Source: Candidatus Marinacidobacterales bacterium
Lineage (GTDB): Bacteria > Acidobacteriota > Vicinamibacteria > Marinacidobacterales > DATDRI01
NCBI GenBank assembly: GCA_965219415.1
Contig: OZ244742.1
Location: 1,152,001 to 1,216,000, forward strand
Length of the DNA: 64,000 nt
Direction of reading: 5' to 3'
Positions 21,870 through 32,088 of the stretch are shown piece by piece; position 1 is the first letter of the stretch; every line of letters starts with the position of its first letter. The notes beneath the pieces were generated by a model. It saw nothing but the letters and a program-made list of their open reading frames with translations. It was not told where the DNA came from and did no database searches. The translations under genes and the position numbers were made by a program.

Positions 21870-22711
21870 GTGTAAAAGCCGCGCCCGCTCTTCCGACCTA
21901 GGTAGCCCGCATCCACCATCTTCTTGAGCAGTGGGCAGGGGCGATATTTCGGATCGCCGAAACCGTCATGGAGCACGTTCATGATGCTCAGGCAGACGTC
22001 GAGTCCGATGAAGTCGGCGAGCGTCAGCGGTCCCATCGGATGGTTCATCCCTAACTCCATGACCGTGTCGATCGCTTCCGGCGTGCCCACACCCTCCATC
22101 AGCGTGAAGATCGCTTCATTGATAAGCGGCATCAGCACGCGATTGGAAACGAAGCCGGGCGCATCGTTGACCTCGACCGAGGTCTTTCCGAGTTTTTCCG
22201 AGAGGCCGCGGGTGAGCTCGTACGTTTCGTCCGAAGTTGCAATGCCGCGAATGATCTCGACCAGCTTCATCACCGGCACCGGATTCATGAAATGCATGCC
22301 GATGAAGCGATCGGCGCGCGATGTCGTTGCGGCGAGCTTGGTGATCGAGATGGAGGACGTGTTCGAAGCGAGCACCACCTCCGGGCGGACGAGCTTATCG
22401 AGCTCACGGAAGAGCTCCTGTTTGATCGCAAGGTCCTCGATGATGGCCTCCACAACGAAATCGGCGTCCTTGAGACCGTCTAGCTCTAACCCCGAACTGA
22501 TTCGCTTCTTGGCGCCGTCCGCCACTTCGGCGGGAAGCTTTCCCTTGTCCACCATTCGCTTGAGGTTGCGCTCGATGTTGGCGATTCCGCGCTCGACGAA
22601 CTCAATCTTGACGTCCCTCAAGTAGACGTCGAACCCGGATTGCGCGAAGACCTGGGCGATGCCGTTGCCCATAGTGCCGGCGCCGATGACTCCGATTTTG
22701 CGTATGTTCAC
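21857..22711 (-). CDS. hbd: 3-hydroxybutyryl-CoA dehydrogenase
   Basis: [48 protein letters not shown]. Confidence 0.96.
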   Translation of the reverse strand: MNIRKIGVIGAGTMGNGIAQVFAQSGFDVYLRDVKIEFVERGIANIERNLKRMVDKGKLPAEVADGAKKRISSGLELDGLKDADFVVEAIIEDLAIKQELFRELDKLVRPEVVLASNTSSISITKLAATTSRADRFIGMHFMNPVPVMKLVEIIRGIATSDETYELTRGLSEKLGKTSVEVNDAPGFVSNRVLMPLINEAIFTLMEGVGTPEAIDTVMELGMNHPMGPLTLADFIGLDVCLSIMNVLHDGFGDPKYRPCPLLKKMVDAGYLGRKSGRGFYTYSD

Positions 22712-22726
22712 GAAAGTGCTCCTGCA

Positions 22727-22758
22727 CCCTCACCCTACCCTCTCCCACTGGGAGAGGG
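22727..22758 (+). repeat. REP-like palindrome CCCTCACCCTACCCTCTCCC..GGGAGAGGG
   Basis: CCCTCTCCC/GGGAGAGGG hairpin; second copy at 41325-41359. Confidence 0.8.
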
Positions 22759-22804
22759 AAAAGAGGAATAAGAAACGCTCGCCGGCGGGCCTCCGGCCCG
22801 TTAG

Positions 22805-23986
22805 CTAAACCAGCTCCACGGCCAGCGCCACGCCGTTGCCGCCGCCCAAACACAAAGCGGCGACACCGCGCTTGGCGTTGCGATCCTTCAGCGCATAAAG
22901 CAGCGTCGTGAGAACGCGCGCACCGCTCGCACCGATGGGATGGCCGAGGGCCACCGCACCGCCGTTGACATTGACCCTTGCGGGATCGAGCTTCAACTCC
23001 TTCGTCACCGCACACCCTTGGACGGCGAAGGCCTCGTTGAGCTCGATGAGATCGACCTCATCCAACTTCCACCCTGTCTTTTGCATCAGCTTCTGGATGG
23101 CGGGGACCGGCGTCATCATGACCCACTCGGGCTCGAGGCCGGAGATCGCTTGTCCCACGATGCGAGCCATGGGCTTGAGATCCAGCCGTCGCACCTCGTC
23201 CGCCGAGGCGACCAATAGGGCCGCGGCCCCATCATTCATACCCGGGGCGTTGCCGGCGGTAACGGTTCCGTCTGACTTGAAAACCGGCTTCAACTTCCGG
23301 AGCGTCTCGATGGAGCTATCCGGTCGCACCGACTCGTCGTCTTCGAGCAAGACCGCCTTGCCCTTTCGCTGAGGAATCGAGACCGAAAGGATCTCGTCCT
23401 TGAACTTCCCGTCCTTAATCGCCTGCGCCGCTTTCTGATGACTCTTGAGAGCGTACTCGTCCATCTCCCCGCGCCCGACCTCGTACTTCTCCGAGACCAG
23501 CTCGCCGGTCATGCCCATATGGAAATCGTTATAGATGTCCCAGAGTCCATCGTGCACGGTGGCGTCGATGAGCTCCCCGTGCCCGAGCCGCAAGCCCTGG
23601 CGAGCCCCCGGAGACAAATAGGGCCCGTTGGACATGGACTCCATGCCTCCGGCAACAATGACGCCGGCGTCGCCCGCAGCAATCGCCTGCCGGGCCAACA
23701 TGACGGCCTTCAGACCGGAGCCGCACACCTTATTGATGGTCAACGCCCCGACCGCGGGTGGAAGCCCGGCGCCGAGAGCCGCCTGGCGGGCCGGATTTTG
23801 TCCCAACCCGGCTGAAACCACGTTGCCCATAATCACTTCCTCGACTTGCTCTGGCTTGACTCCCGCCCGTGCCGCTGCCTCCTTGACCACCTTCGCACCG
23901 AGCTCGGTGGCCTTGAAGCCTTTGAGAGCGCCGAGAAACTTCCCGATGGGTGTGCGAACTGCGCTAACGATAAAAGAGTCCTGCAT
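22805..23986 (-). CDS. Acetyl-CoA C-acetyltransferase (thiolase)
   Basis: [42 protein letters not shown]; start at MQDSF. Confidence 0.97.
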   Translation of the reverse strand: MQDSFIVSAVRTPIGKFLGALKGFKATELGAKVVKEAAARAGVKPEQVEEVIMGNVVSAGLGQNPARQAALGAGLPPAVGALTINKVCGSGLKAVMLARQAIAAGDAGVIVAGGMESMSNGPYLSPGARQGLRLGHGELIDATVHDGLWDIYNDFHMGMTGELVSEKYEVGRGEMDEYALKSHQKAAQAIKDGKFKDEILSVSIPQRKGKAVLLEDDESVRPDSSIETLRKLKPVFKSDGTVTAGNAPGMNDGAAALLVASADEVRRLDLKPMARIVGQAISGLEPEWVMMTPVPAIQKLMQKTGWKLDEVDLIELNEAFAVQGCAVTKELKLDPARVNVNGGAVALGHPIGASGARVLTTLLYALKDRNAKRGVAALCLGGGNGVALAVELV

Positions 23987-24462
23987 CAATTCTTCTCCTT
24001 GCCGGCCTGAATTTGAGCCGCCAGATAGCGCGTCGCGGTGCGAACCATCGATTCGCGAAGCCCGGAATCGCCGATGCTTTCGGCAGCCTCGATGATCGCG
24101 GACGAGGGCTCGACCGGCTCGGGGGCGAACGTAGACGGCGCCTCTGGCACGGTTTGCGAAATCGGTTTGCCGTCGATCACGAAACGAATCCGTTTGACGG
24201 CGCGGAATCCCATAGCCGCATTCAAGCGCGGGCGAATCTCGTTCTGGAGTTTCATGATCATACGCCCCCAAGCGACATCCTCGACCCGGACGGTCAGAAT
24301 CCCGTCCTGCAAGGAAGCCGGTTCCGAGCGCGCCGCGAGCTCAGAACCCACCGCCGCGGCCCACTTGAGGCCGATGAGCTCGACCGAGAAGACGCGGTCA
24401 CGGCTCTGAGGCGGTAGCGCCCGCCGAATCAGCTCGCCAACGGAACGTGGACGACTCTTCAT
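23986..24462 (-). CDS. DciA / DUF721 family protein
   Basis: [24 protein letters not shown]...W...I..RLN...VKRIRF. Confidence 0.8.
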   Translation of the reverse strand: MKSRPRSVGELIRRALPPQSRDRVFSVELIGLKWAAAVGSELAARSEPASLQDGILTVRVEDVAWGRMIMKLQNEIRPRLNAAMGFRAVKRIRFVIDGKPISQTVPEAPSTFAPEPVEPSSAIIEAAESIGDSGLRESMVRTATRYLAAQIQAGKEKN

Positions 24463-24653
24463 TACCTCTATTATAAGCATGCCCAACCGAGCCACAGTAT
24501 CTATCGCTCTTGTTCCGGTTTCCTGATATAGTGTGCCCGCTTTCCAGAGGGGGGAGCGCAGGATTGCAGCCCGGAGCCTTGAAATACTTCCCTTTCTCAA
24601 ACCCATCTTGGAACACCATACTTCTCCCCAGTTCTGGAACCTAAGGAGGACTC

Positions 24654-25316
24654 ATGGCACCTGATAAGGCTGACAAGGCAGATAAGAAAGAAATCCCTCC
24701 CGGAAACGGCGTGTCTCGCCGGGACTTCCTAAGGGGCGGCACCGCCGGAGCACTCAGCGCCGGGCTTCTTTCGGGTGGCCTGGCCGAAGCTGCGACGCAG
24801 ACGGAAACCGCCGAGGAAGCTCTCGGCATAGCCGGTCCCGGTGCCATTCCCATGGCCTTCCGCATCAACGGAGACCGGTACACCGCCAACCTGGAGCCGC
24901 GCGTCACGCTCCTCGACGCTCTTCGGAACCATCTGGATCTGACCGGAGCCAAAAAAGTCTGTGACCGGGCGACCTGCGGAGCGTGTACGGTGCTTCTGAA
25001 TGAAAAACCCGTGTACGCCTGCTCGGTCCTGGCCATCGAGGCACAGGGCAAAGAGATTATGACGATCGAAGGACTAGGCACGCCGGATAACATGCACCCG
25101 CTCCAGTCCGCCTTCGTCGAGAACGACGCGCAGCAATGCGGCTTCTGTACCCCGGGCTTCGTCCTAGCATGCAAAGCCTTCATGGACAGAAACAGCGATC
25201 CCACCATGGAGCAGATCGAAAAAAGCCTAGGAGGCAACGTGTGTCGCTGTGGAACCTACGTTGGGATCCGCCAAGCCATCCTAGATGTGGCTGGGAAAGG
25301 AGCGACCAATGGCTGA
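24654..25316 (+). CDS. Mo-hydroxylase [2Fe-2S] subunit with Tat signal (PaoA/YagT-like)
   Basis: SRRDFL twin-arginine signal; CDRATCGACTV; QCGFCTPG; CRCG. Confidence 0.95.
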   Translation: MAPDKADKADKKEIPPGNGVSRRDFLRGGTAGALSAGLLSGGLAEAATQTETAEEALGIAGPGAIPMAFRINGDRYTANLEPRVTLLDALRNHLDLTGAKKVCDRATCGACTVLLNEKPVYACSVLAIEAQGKEIMTIEGLGTPDNMHPLQSAFVENDAQQCGFCTPGFVLACKAFMDRNSDPTMEQIEKSLGGNVCRCGTYVGIRQAILDVAGKGATNG

Positions 25317-27435
25317 GTACAAATGGCCAGAAGCCGAGGATCGATCGCTCATCGGAAAGAGGCTCACCAGGCTGGACGGGCCCCTCAAAACGACCGGAAC
25401 GGCCAAGTATTCCTTCGACGTCAAACGACCCGGCATGCTCTATGCCAAGGTCCTCCGATGCCCGCACGCCCACGCGCGCGTCACCAGCATCGATGTCTCG
25501 CAGGCGAAGGCGATGCCCGGTGTCAAGGCGGTAAGAGTGATTCAAGATGCAGGTGCGGAAGTCCAATGGTCTCTCGATGAGGTCGCCATCGTGGCCGCCA
25601 CCACCGAAGACACCGCTAGAGACGCCGTCGCAGCCATAAAAGTGGAGTATGAAGTGCTGGCGCACTTCGTCAACGAGGAAAACCTGTCGGCCGCGCCGGA
25701 GACGAAACCGGCCCAAGAGGAAACGACGGGCGATCCCGCGACGGCGATGGGGGCCGCGGAAGTCAAGCACAAGGGTAACTACGGCAACGCCATGATCGCT
25801 CACTGCTGCCTCGAATCGCACGGTCAAGTGAGCGAGTGGACCGATGCGGAGCACGTAACGGTCTGGGCCTCGACCCAAAACGTCTCTGGGATACCGGGCC
25901 AGATTGCCGAGAAAGTCGGCATCCCCGCCTCGAACGTACGCTGCATCACGCCGTTCATGGGCGGCGGGTTCGGCAGCAAGTTCAGCCCCGATCGTTGGGG
26001 CATCGAAGGCGTCGAGCTGGCGAGAGAGACCGGCGCCCCGGTGAAGCTGATGCTCGAGCGAAACGCGGAGATCGCGGTGGCGGGAGGCCGACCCTCGGCG
26101 TTTGCAGAAGTCGAAGTCGGAGCCTCCCGAGATGGAAGGGTCACCGCGTGGTCGTCCAAGTCTTGGGGCACCGGCGGCGTGGGAGGCTCGGGCACTCCTC
26201 CGCTTCCCTACATCTTCAAGTTCGAGAACCAATCTCACGAACACACTTCGGTACCCACCAACGTCGGGGGATCCCGGGCGTGGCGGGCACCCAACCATCC
26301 CCAGGGCTGTCTCATCACGATGTCGGCCCTCGAAGACATGGCCGCCAAGCTGGACATGGATCCGCTCGACCTCTTCAAGAAGAACATTTCCACGGCCGGC
26401 GAGAGGGCCTCGGTATACGAAGAGGAGCTAGGGAAAGCGGCCGAGCTGATCGACTGGAAGCGAAACTGGCACCCCCGTGGAGAGGGAAGCGGTCCGGTGC
26501 GAAGAGGCCTGGGCCTTGCGCTTCACACCTGGGGCGGACGAGCGCACCGCAGCAACTGCGAGGTCATCGTCTACCCGGATGGTCTCGTCGAAGCGAAGCT
26601 CGGAAGCCAGGACCTGGGTACGGGGACGATCACGGTGATCTCGATCGTACTGGCCGAGACGTTCGGCATTCCGCTCGAGTGGACGAAGGTCGCTCTCGGC
26701 GACAGCCGGCATCCGGCCTCGGGGCCTTCCGGAGGCAGCACCACCGTGGGCGGCGTGAGCTCGTCGACCCGTCGGGGAGCCATGGACGCACGACAACAAC
26801 TCTTCGAGCGCATCGCCCCACATCTCGAGGCGACCACCGAGGAACTCGAAGCGAAGGACGGATCGGTCCGGGTCAAGGGCGCTCCTCACCGAAGCATGAC
26901 ATGGAAAGAAGCCACGGCTAAGCTCGGCGTCAACCCCATCACCGCATCCGGCAGCAATCCTGGTCCGGGAAAACTCAACGACAGCGGTGTGGGCGGTGTC
27001 CAAATGGCGGATGTCTCGGTAGACATGGAAACCGGCGTGGTGAAGATCAACAAGATGGTGGCGGTTCAAGACTGCGGCCTCATCATCAATATAAAGACCG
27101 CGGAGAGCCAAGTCTACGGCGCGCTCATCATGGGAGTCACTTATGCGCTGACCGAAGAGAAAATCTTCGATCCGGTGACCGGCCGGCTGCTGAACGCCGA
27201 CATGGAGTTCTACAAGCTGGCGGGGATCGGCGACATCGGTGAGCTGGTCGTTCACATGATGACCGGCCCCGGTTACGATGAGCGAGGTGTCATCGGTCTC
27301 GGTGAGCCCCCGGTCATTTCTCCGGGGGCGGCCATCTCGAATGCGGTCGCCAACGCCATCGGCGTCCGCGTTCCGAACCTGCCCTTGACGGCCAATCGAG
27401 TCATTGCCGCCTTGGAAAAAGGGAGGGTGAGCTAA
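25309..27435 (+). CDS. Xanthine dehydrogenase family molybdopterin-binding subunit
   Basis: MGGGFGSK, WRAPNHPQG, SQDLGTGT, SGGSTT, GLGEPP (catalytic Glu). Confidence 0.96.
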   Translation: MAEYKWPEAEDRSLIGKRLTRLDGPLKTTGTAKYSFDVKRPGMLYAKVLRCPHAHARVTSIDVSQAKAMPGVKAVRVIQDAGAEVQWSLDEVAIVAATTEDTARDAVAAIKVEYEVLAHFVNEENLSAAPETKPAQEETTGDPATAMGAAEVKHKGNYGNAMIAHCCLESHGQVSEWTDAEHVTVWASTQNVSGIPGQIAEKVGIPASNVRCITPFMGGGFGSKFSPDRWGIEGVELARETGAPVKLMLERNAEIAVAGGRPSAFAEVEVGASRDGRVTAWSSKSWGTGGVGGSGTPPLPYIFKFENQSHEHTSVPTNVGGSRAWRAPNHPQGCLITMSALEDMAAKLDMDPLDLFKKNISTAGERASVYEEELGKAAELIDWKRNWHPRGEGSGPVRRGLGLALHTWGGRAHRSNCEVIVYPDGLVEAKLGSQDLGTGTITVISIVLAETFGIPLEWTKVALGDSRHPASGPSGGSTTVGGVSSSTRRGAMDARQQLFERIAPHLEATTEELEAKDGSVRVKGAPHRSMTWKEATAKLGVNPITASGSNPGPGKLNDSGVGGVQMADVSVDMETGVVKINKMVAVQDCGLIINIKTAESQVYGALIMGVTYALTEEKIFDPVTGRLLNADMEFYKLAGIGDIGELVVHMMTGPGYDERGVIGLGEPPVISPGAAISNAVANAIGVRVPNLPLTANRVIAALEKGRVS

Positions 27436-28421
27436 TGAACGCCTTCGAATATGCGAGTCCCTCGACCAAGAAGGACGCGGTAAAGATCCTTTCCGAGACA
27501 CCCGACAAAGCGGTGGTGCTGGCCGGCGGCACCGATCTGCTGAGCCTGATGAAGGACAACGTGGCTGCGCCGGAGCGCGTGGTGAGCATCAAGTCGATCG
27601 GCGAGCTCGGTGGAATCAGCTACGACGGTAATCACGGGCTGCGCATCGGAGCGTTGGTCACGTTGGACGAGCTCATCGGGAACGCGAAAGTGCAACAAGA
27701 CTACCCGTCCCTGGTTCACGCGATCGACGGAATCCGAAGCCCACAACTGCAGAGTATGGGCACGGTGGCCGGCGAGCTCTGTCAACGTCCCCGCTGCTGG
27801 TATTACCGGGGCGGCTTTGGACTGCTCGCAAAACACGACGGCAAGTCCATGGTGCTGGAAGGAGACAACCGCTATCACGCCATCCTGGGTAACGCCGGCC
27901 CGGCGTATTTCGTCAGCCCCTCGAGCATGGCGCCGGCGCTCATTGCCCTCGGAGCCTATCTCAAGATCTACGGGCCCAATGGTGAACGCGACCTGCCGCT
28001 CGAGAAGTTCTATCGGGTCCCGAAAGCGGATGGCCAGAAGGAATACAACCTAGCGTCGAACGAAATCGTGACCGACATCCTCGTTCCACCGGTTCAAGGC
28101 CACGCCAACGCAACCTACGAGGTTCGCCAGAAGGAGGCGCTCGATTGGCCGCTCGCCGCGGCCGCGGTGTCACTCGAGATGAAGGGTGGCAAGGTGCGAT
28201 CGGCGCGGGTGGTCCTCGGGCATGTCGCGCCCACACCATGGGCTTCCCCCGCGGCCGAGAAGGCTATCAAGGGTAAGACGCCCGACGAGGCCAACGCCGA
28301 AAAGGCCGGCCAAGCGGCCGTCCAGGGGGCGAAACCGCTCAGCATGAATAGCTATAAGATTCGACTGGCCCGGGTGGCGGTGAAACGAGCCATCCTGCGT
28401 GCCGCCGGGAAGGAGGTTTAA
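27435..28421 (+). CDS. Xanthine dehydrogenase family FAD-binding subunit
   Basis: LAGGTDL, IGALVT, SPQLQSMGTVAG, ARVVLGHVAPTPW, NSYKI. Confidence 0.95.
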   Translation: MNAFEYASPSTKKDAVKILSETPDKAVVLAGGTDLLSLMKDNVAAPERVVSIKSIGELGGISYDGNHGLRIGALVTLDELIGNAKVQQDYPSLVHAIDGIRSPQLQSMGTVAGELCQRPRCWYYRGGFGLLAKHDGKSMVLEGDNRYHAILGNAGPAYFVSPSSMAPALIALGAYLKIYGPNGERDLPLEKFYRVPKADGQKEYNLASNEIVTDILVPPVQGHANATYEVRQKEALDWPLAAAAVSLEMKGGKVRSARVVLGHVAPTPWASPAAEKAIKGKTPDEANAEKAGQAAVQGAKPLSMNSYKIRLARVAVKRAILRAAGKEV

Positions 28422-28422
28422 G

Positions 28423-28641
28423 ATGGCTTTGGACTTCGTCCCGACCGCCCGACAATCTCAGGAGTGCCAGCGTCTTCGCTCGAAGGGCATGTTCATCGAA
28501 GTAGAGCCCGATCCGACGGTGACCCACACCAGCGACGGATTCTTCTGGTGTACTCACACCATGAACTGCCTCGGCCCGGACGGGCGTGCGGCGGATCGTG
28601 ACTCCTGCCAACCCGGTCGGAGGTGCTTCGAGCAACGCTAG
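28423..28641 (+). CDS. Small Cys-rich protein (72 aa)
   Basis: AAGGAGG RBS, start 1 nt after the FAD-subunit stop; C..LRSK...WC.HT..CLGPDG...C.PGR.C. Confidence 0.75.
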   Translation: MALDFVPTARQSQECQRLRSKGMFIEVEPDPTVTHTSDGFFWCTHTMNCLGPDGRAADRDSCQPGRRCFEQR

Positions 28642-28689
28642 ATTTTGCTAAGATAGGTTCAAGTAATCCTGGCTGAAGGGAGTGGCTCA

Positions 28690-29352
28690 ATGAATAAGAC
28701 GTTCTTGGCTTTCGCGCTGGCCGCGCTTTTGGTGCCGGTCGCCGTCAGCGCAAACGGCGGCATTCGCGGCGACTATCTCGAGATCCGGACCTCGGATGTC
28801 TACACCGGACCGTGCTTCGCCAACGCCGAGGTGAATCTGACCGGCCGAGAGGCCGTTATCGCTTGGAAGGTACGAGAGGGTAGCTGGCAGGGCGTGAACC
28901 TCACCGGGCTGACCGTGGTCGCTGTGGTAAAGGCCCAGTCGACCCTGGGCGATCCGTACGAGAATCCTTACCCGGCGCGCTCGGTGATTATCGTCGACGG
29001 GAGGGCTGAGCCGGAGCAAGAGAGGGCGCTTGTCGACTTCGCTCGCACCGCCGGTGGAGAGCTCCTCGCGGACGTCGTCAAAGTCCGCAAGGAGACGATT
29101 GAAACGGACTTCGGCGGCGACAAGGGACATGCGAGTGTCAAAGCCGGCGAGCTCGTCGATCTGAAGACCCGCGCGTTGAACGACAAGGACCACCTTTGTG
29201 GAAACGAAATTGTTTATTACCCGCCGCTGACTGAGGTTTCGAATGCGATCCCGGCGTACACGCTCGCTCATGCCTTCCGGGGCGACGAGCTGAACTCCAC
29301 CTGGAGCTGTCCTCTCAAGAGGAGCGCTTTCGTAGCCGAGTTCTACCGGTAG
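28690..29352 (+). CDS. DUF1326-like exported protein
   Basis: Signal peptide; GDYLEIRTSDVYTGPCFANAE, W.V.EG, HLCGNE. Confidence 0.75.
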   Translation: MNKTFLAFALAALLVPVAVSANGGIRGDYLEIRTSDVYTGPCFANAEVNLTGREAVIAWKVREGSWQGVNLTGLTVVAVVKAQSTLGDPYENPYPARSVIIVDGRAEPEQERALVDFARTAGGELLADVVKVRKETIETDFGGDKGHASVKAGELVDLKTRALNDKDHLCGNEIVYYPPLTEVSNAIPAYTLAHAFRGDELNSTWSCPLKRSAFVAEFYR

Positions 29353-29380
29353 ACAGGACGTCTTTAGGAACACCAGTTCA

Positions 29381-29409
29381 GGCTCACCCTTTGGGTGAGC
29401 CTTTTTTTT
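29381..29409 (+). terminator. Rho-independent terminator
   Basis: GGCTCACCC-TTT-GGGTGAGCC followed by T8. Confidence 0.85.
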
Positions 29410-29422
29410 CGAAGAGGAACTC

Positions 29423-30079
29423 ATGCGACTAAACTCTCTCGTCGGCATCATTTTGTTGGCGTCCACCACGACCGCGCTCGCAACCGATCCAAGTCTGGAA
29501 CCCATCGAAGAAGCTCCGCCCGAAGAGGTCTCTGCCGCGGTTCGCGGATCCCTCGGGAGCCAAGGGTTCCGGATCCTATCGGGAGAAAAGGTCGTCATGG
29601 AGCTCTGGTTACGGAGCGAGATCCCGGTTAAACAGGGGGGCGGCAGCGGTAGCCTCGGCGTCAGCTTCGGGAATCTCGAGAAAGGGACGCTGATCGGAGT
29701 GGTTCGCTTCCCGGAGGAGTGGGAGGATTACAAGGACAATGCGATCGGCGCCGGCGTTTATACGTTGAGATACGGCATCCAACCTGCGGACGGCAATCAC
29801 ATGGGAGTCTCACAGTATCGCGACTTTGTTTTGTTGCTGCCGGCGAGCTCGGACACGGAAGTCGCAACCTCGCTCGAGTTCGATGCGTTGGTGATGCAGA
29901 GCTTCGCGTCCACCGGCGAACCACACCCGGGAATCATGGGGCTCTTTCCGCTCTATGAAGACGCTCCGGAGCCCAAGCTGATGCGGAACGAAATGGATCA
30001 ATGGGAGCTAGCCATCGACCGCGGCGTTCTGAAGATGGGCCTCGTCGTCGAAGGCCACGGCGAGCTCGAAGGCTACTGA
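29423..30079 (+). CDS. Exported hypothetical protein
   Basis: Signal peptide; GVYTLRYGIQPADGNHMGVSQYRDFVLL. Confidence 0.8.
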   Translation: MRLNSLVGIILLASTTTALATDPSLEPIEEAPPEEVSAAVRGSLGSQGFRILSGEKVVMELWLRSEIPVKQGGGSGSLGVSFGNLEKGTLIGVVRFPEEWEDYKDNAIGAGVYTLRYGIQPADGNHMGVSQYRDFVLLLPASSDTEVATSLEFDALVMQSFASTGEPHPGIMGLFPLYEDAPEPKLMRNEMDQWELAIDRGVLKMGLVVEGHGELEGY

Positions 30080-30105
30080 ACATACTGAAACGGGCTAGGC
30101 AATCG

Positions 30106-30690
30106 ATGGTCGCAGCCTTAATCCTCGCGGCTGGTGAGTCCCGCCGCATGGGCTCTCCGAAACCCTTGCTGCCTTTCGGCGAGACCACCTTTCTCGGTCA
30201 CCTGCTCGAACAATTTCTCGCCTCCCGAGCGCGTCCGGTGGTGGTCATTCTCGGCCACGAAGCGGATGCGGTTCTCGCCCAAGTGCCGCTTGGGAATGCG
30301 AGGGCGGTCGTGAACCCGGATTACCGGCAAGGCATGCTATCCTCGATCCGTGTGGGGTTGCGCGAGCTTCAGAGCGAGTCGGTTTCGGGCGCGCTCATAT
30401 GCCCCGTCGACCATCCGCAGGTCAGCGCGGCTTTGGTGGATTTGCTCATCGACCGATTCGAAGAAACCGAGGCGCCCATTGTGATTCCCGTACATCACGG
30501 ACGCCGCGGCCACCCGGTGTTTTTTTCTCAAACACTGTTCGAAGAAGTCCAGGAAGCGCCGGATACGGTGGGGGCCCGACGGGTGGTCTGGGACCACGCA
30601 TCCGAAGTACTAGAGATCCCCACCGAGGATCGGGGTATCATCGAGGATATCGACACCCCCGAGCAGTACAAGGATCTCATGGGCTCTTGA
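30106..30690 (+). CDS. mocA: Molybdenum cofactor cytidylyltransferase (MocA-like)
   Basis: ILAAGESRRMGSPK, GMLSSI, VDHP, GRRGHPV, DIDTPE; adjacent to an XDH operon. Confidence 0.88.
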   Translation: MVAALILAAGESRRMGSPKPLLPFGETTFLGHLLEQFLASRARPVVVILGHEADAVLAQVPLGNARAVVNPDYRQGMLSSIRVGLRELQSESVSGALICPVDHPQVSAALVDLLIDRFEETEAPIVIPVHHGRRGHPVFFSQTLFEEVQEAPDTVGARRVVWDHASEVLEIPTEDRGIIEDIDTPEQYKDLMGS

Positions 30691-30712
30691 CGACAGCCCC
30701 CTAGGAGGACAT

Positions 30713-31485
30713 GTGGCACGCACTCTCGCCGACTTAACCCTCAAGCTGACGCGGGAGCTCTCCACGCTCGAAGCTCGTTGCGCCAAGGAGGTCGAACAAG
30801 TGGAGCTAACGCGCGACGTCGCGCTCGCGAAGATCGGTTCTCTCGAGGGCGCCCTCAAACGCTATGATGCCGAGCTCGCCAAGGCAAAAGAGACGCAACG
30901 GAAGGCGATGCAGAAAGCCAATGAGATCCGCGACAGGGCGATCCGCGCCGCCGAGACAACCCGTCGCCCTAAGATGTCAAAGGGGGAACGCCGCTACCGC
31001 CAAGCGAAGACCGTGGCGCTCCGAGACCGAGACATCGCCTTGAGGAACGCGGAAGCGATCCGCCAGACCGCCCGCCGGAAGACGCGCGGGCGGCCCCTGT
31101 CGCAGCATCGCGCCATTCGAAGGGCCGCCGACCGCGCTTTCGAGCAAGCGGTTCAAAAAGCCCGCGAGATATACCAAACGACCCTCGAGAAGGCACGCTT
31201 TGTTTATCAATCAGCGTCGAGGAAATCCTGGAACAGGAACGACACACCATCGAGGAGGCGACGCGCAAGGCCGACCGCGCGGTATCGAACGGGGCCATTG
31301 CCTACGAGCGGGCCGTGGCCCGCGAAGAGGCCAGGTTGAAGCGTCAAACGAGCAAGAACGGCCATGCCCGCCGTGTTCAGGAGCAGTTCGATCATCGACT
31401 CTCGCAAATCCTGAGGGGCTGCGACCGAAGAAAGGAAGCGCTCTTCAGGAAATTCTCTCAGGACCGCAAGAAACTCAAGGCCTGA
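30713..31485 (+). pseudogene. Basic coiled-coil protein, frameshifted near 31215
   Basis: Ala/Arg/Glu helical composition continues in a shifted frame (VEEILEQERH...KLKA*) to TGA at 31483-31485. Confidence 0.55.
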
Positions 31486-31506
31486 CGACTTGACGACGAC
31501 CAGGGC

Positions 31507-32088
31507 GTGAAAAACTCCTTCTTGGTCCTGGCCTCGACCTCTCCGCGCCGGAGCTTCTACCTCAAGCAACTCGGCGTCTCGTTCCGGAAAGCCGCTCCCG
31601 ATGTGGACGAGCGTCCCCTCCGCGGTGAAGCGCCGCGCGTCTTCGTCCGGCGCATGGCTCTCGAGAAAGCCCGCGACGTCGCCGAGCGTCGGCCGCGCGA
31701 CTGGGTGCTGGCTGCGGACACGGCTGTCGTCTTGGACGGACACATTTTAGGAAAGCCGAAAGACGAACCACACGCCCGGCGAATGCTGCGAAGACTCTCC
31801 GGTCGCGCACATCAAGTCTTGAGCGGGATGGCGTTGGTGTCACAGTCGGCGGGTCGCGAGCTTTCGAGAGTTTCCCTCACGCGAGTCCGATTGCGAGAGA
31901 TCGGACCGGCCGAGATCCGTTGGTATGTACAAACCGGTGAGCCGGCCGACAAGGCTGGGGCCTATGCAATTCAAGGCAAGGGTGGGATCTTCGTCAAGAG
32001 CATCACCGGGTCTCCCTCGAACGTCGCCGGTTTTCCGGTCGAAGTCTTCTATCAGTTGATGCAAAAGGCAGGGCTCAAGCTGTCCTAA
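31507..32088 (+). CDS. maf: Maf nucleoside-triphosphate pyrophosphatase
   Basis: LASTSPRR, AADT, LGKP, LSGRAH, DKAGAYAIQG. Confidence 0.95.
   Translation: MKNSFLVLASTSPRRSFYLKQLGVSFRKAAPDVDERPLRGEAPRVFVRRMALEKARDVAERRPRDWVLAADTAVVLDGHILGKPKDEPHARRMLRRLSGRAHQVLSGMALVSQSAGRELSRVSLTRVRLREIGPAEIRWYVQTGEPADKAGAYAIQGKGGIFVKSITGSPSNVAGFPVEVFYQLMQKAGLKLS

Noticed and set aside
25180-27501. Long antisense and alternate-frame ORFs over the XDH subunit, and similar ones elsewhere
   Set aside because: Shadow ORFs expected in GC-rich coding DNA; they carry no motifs.
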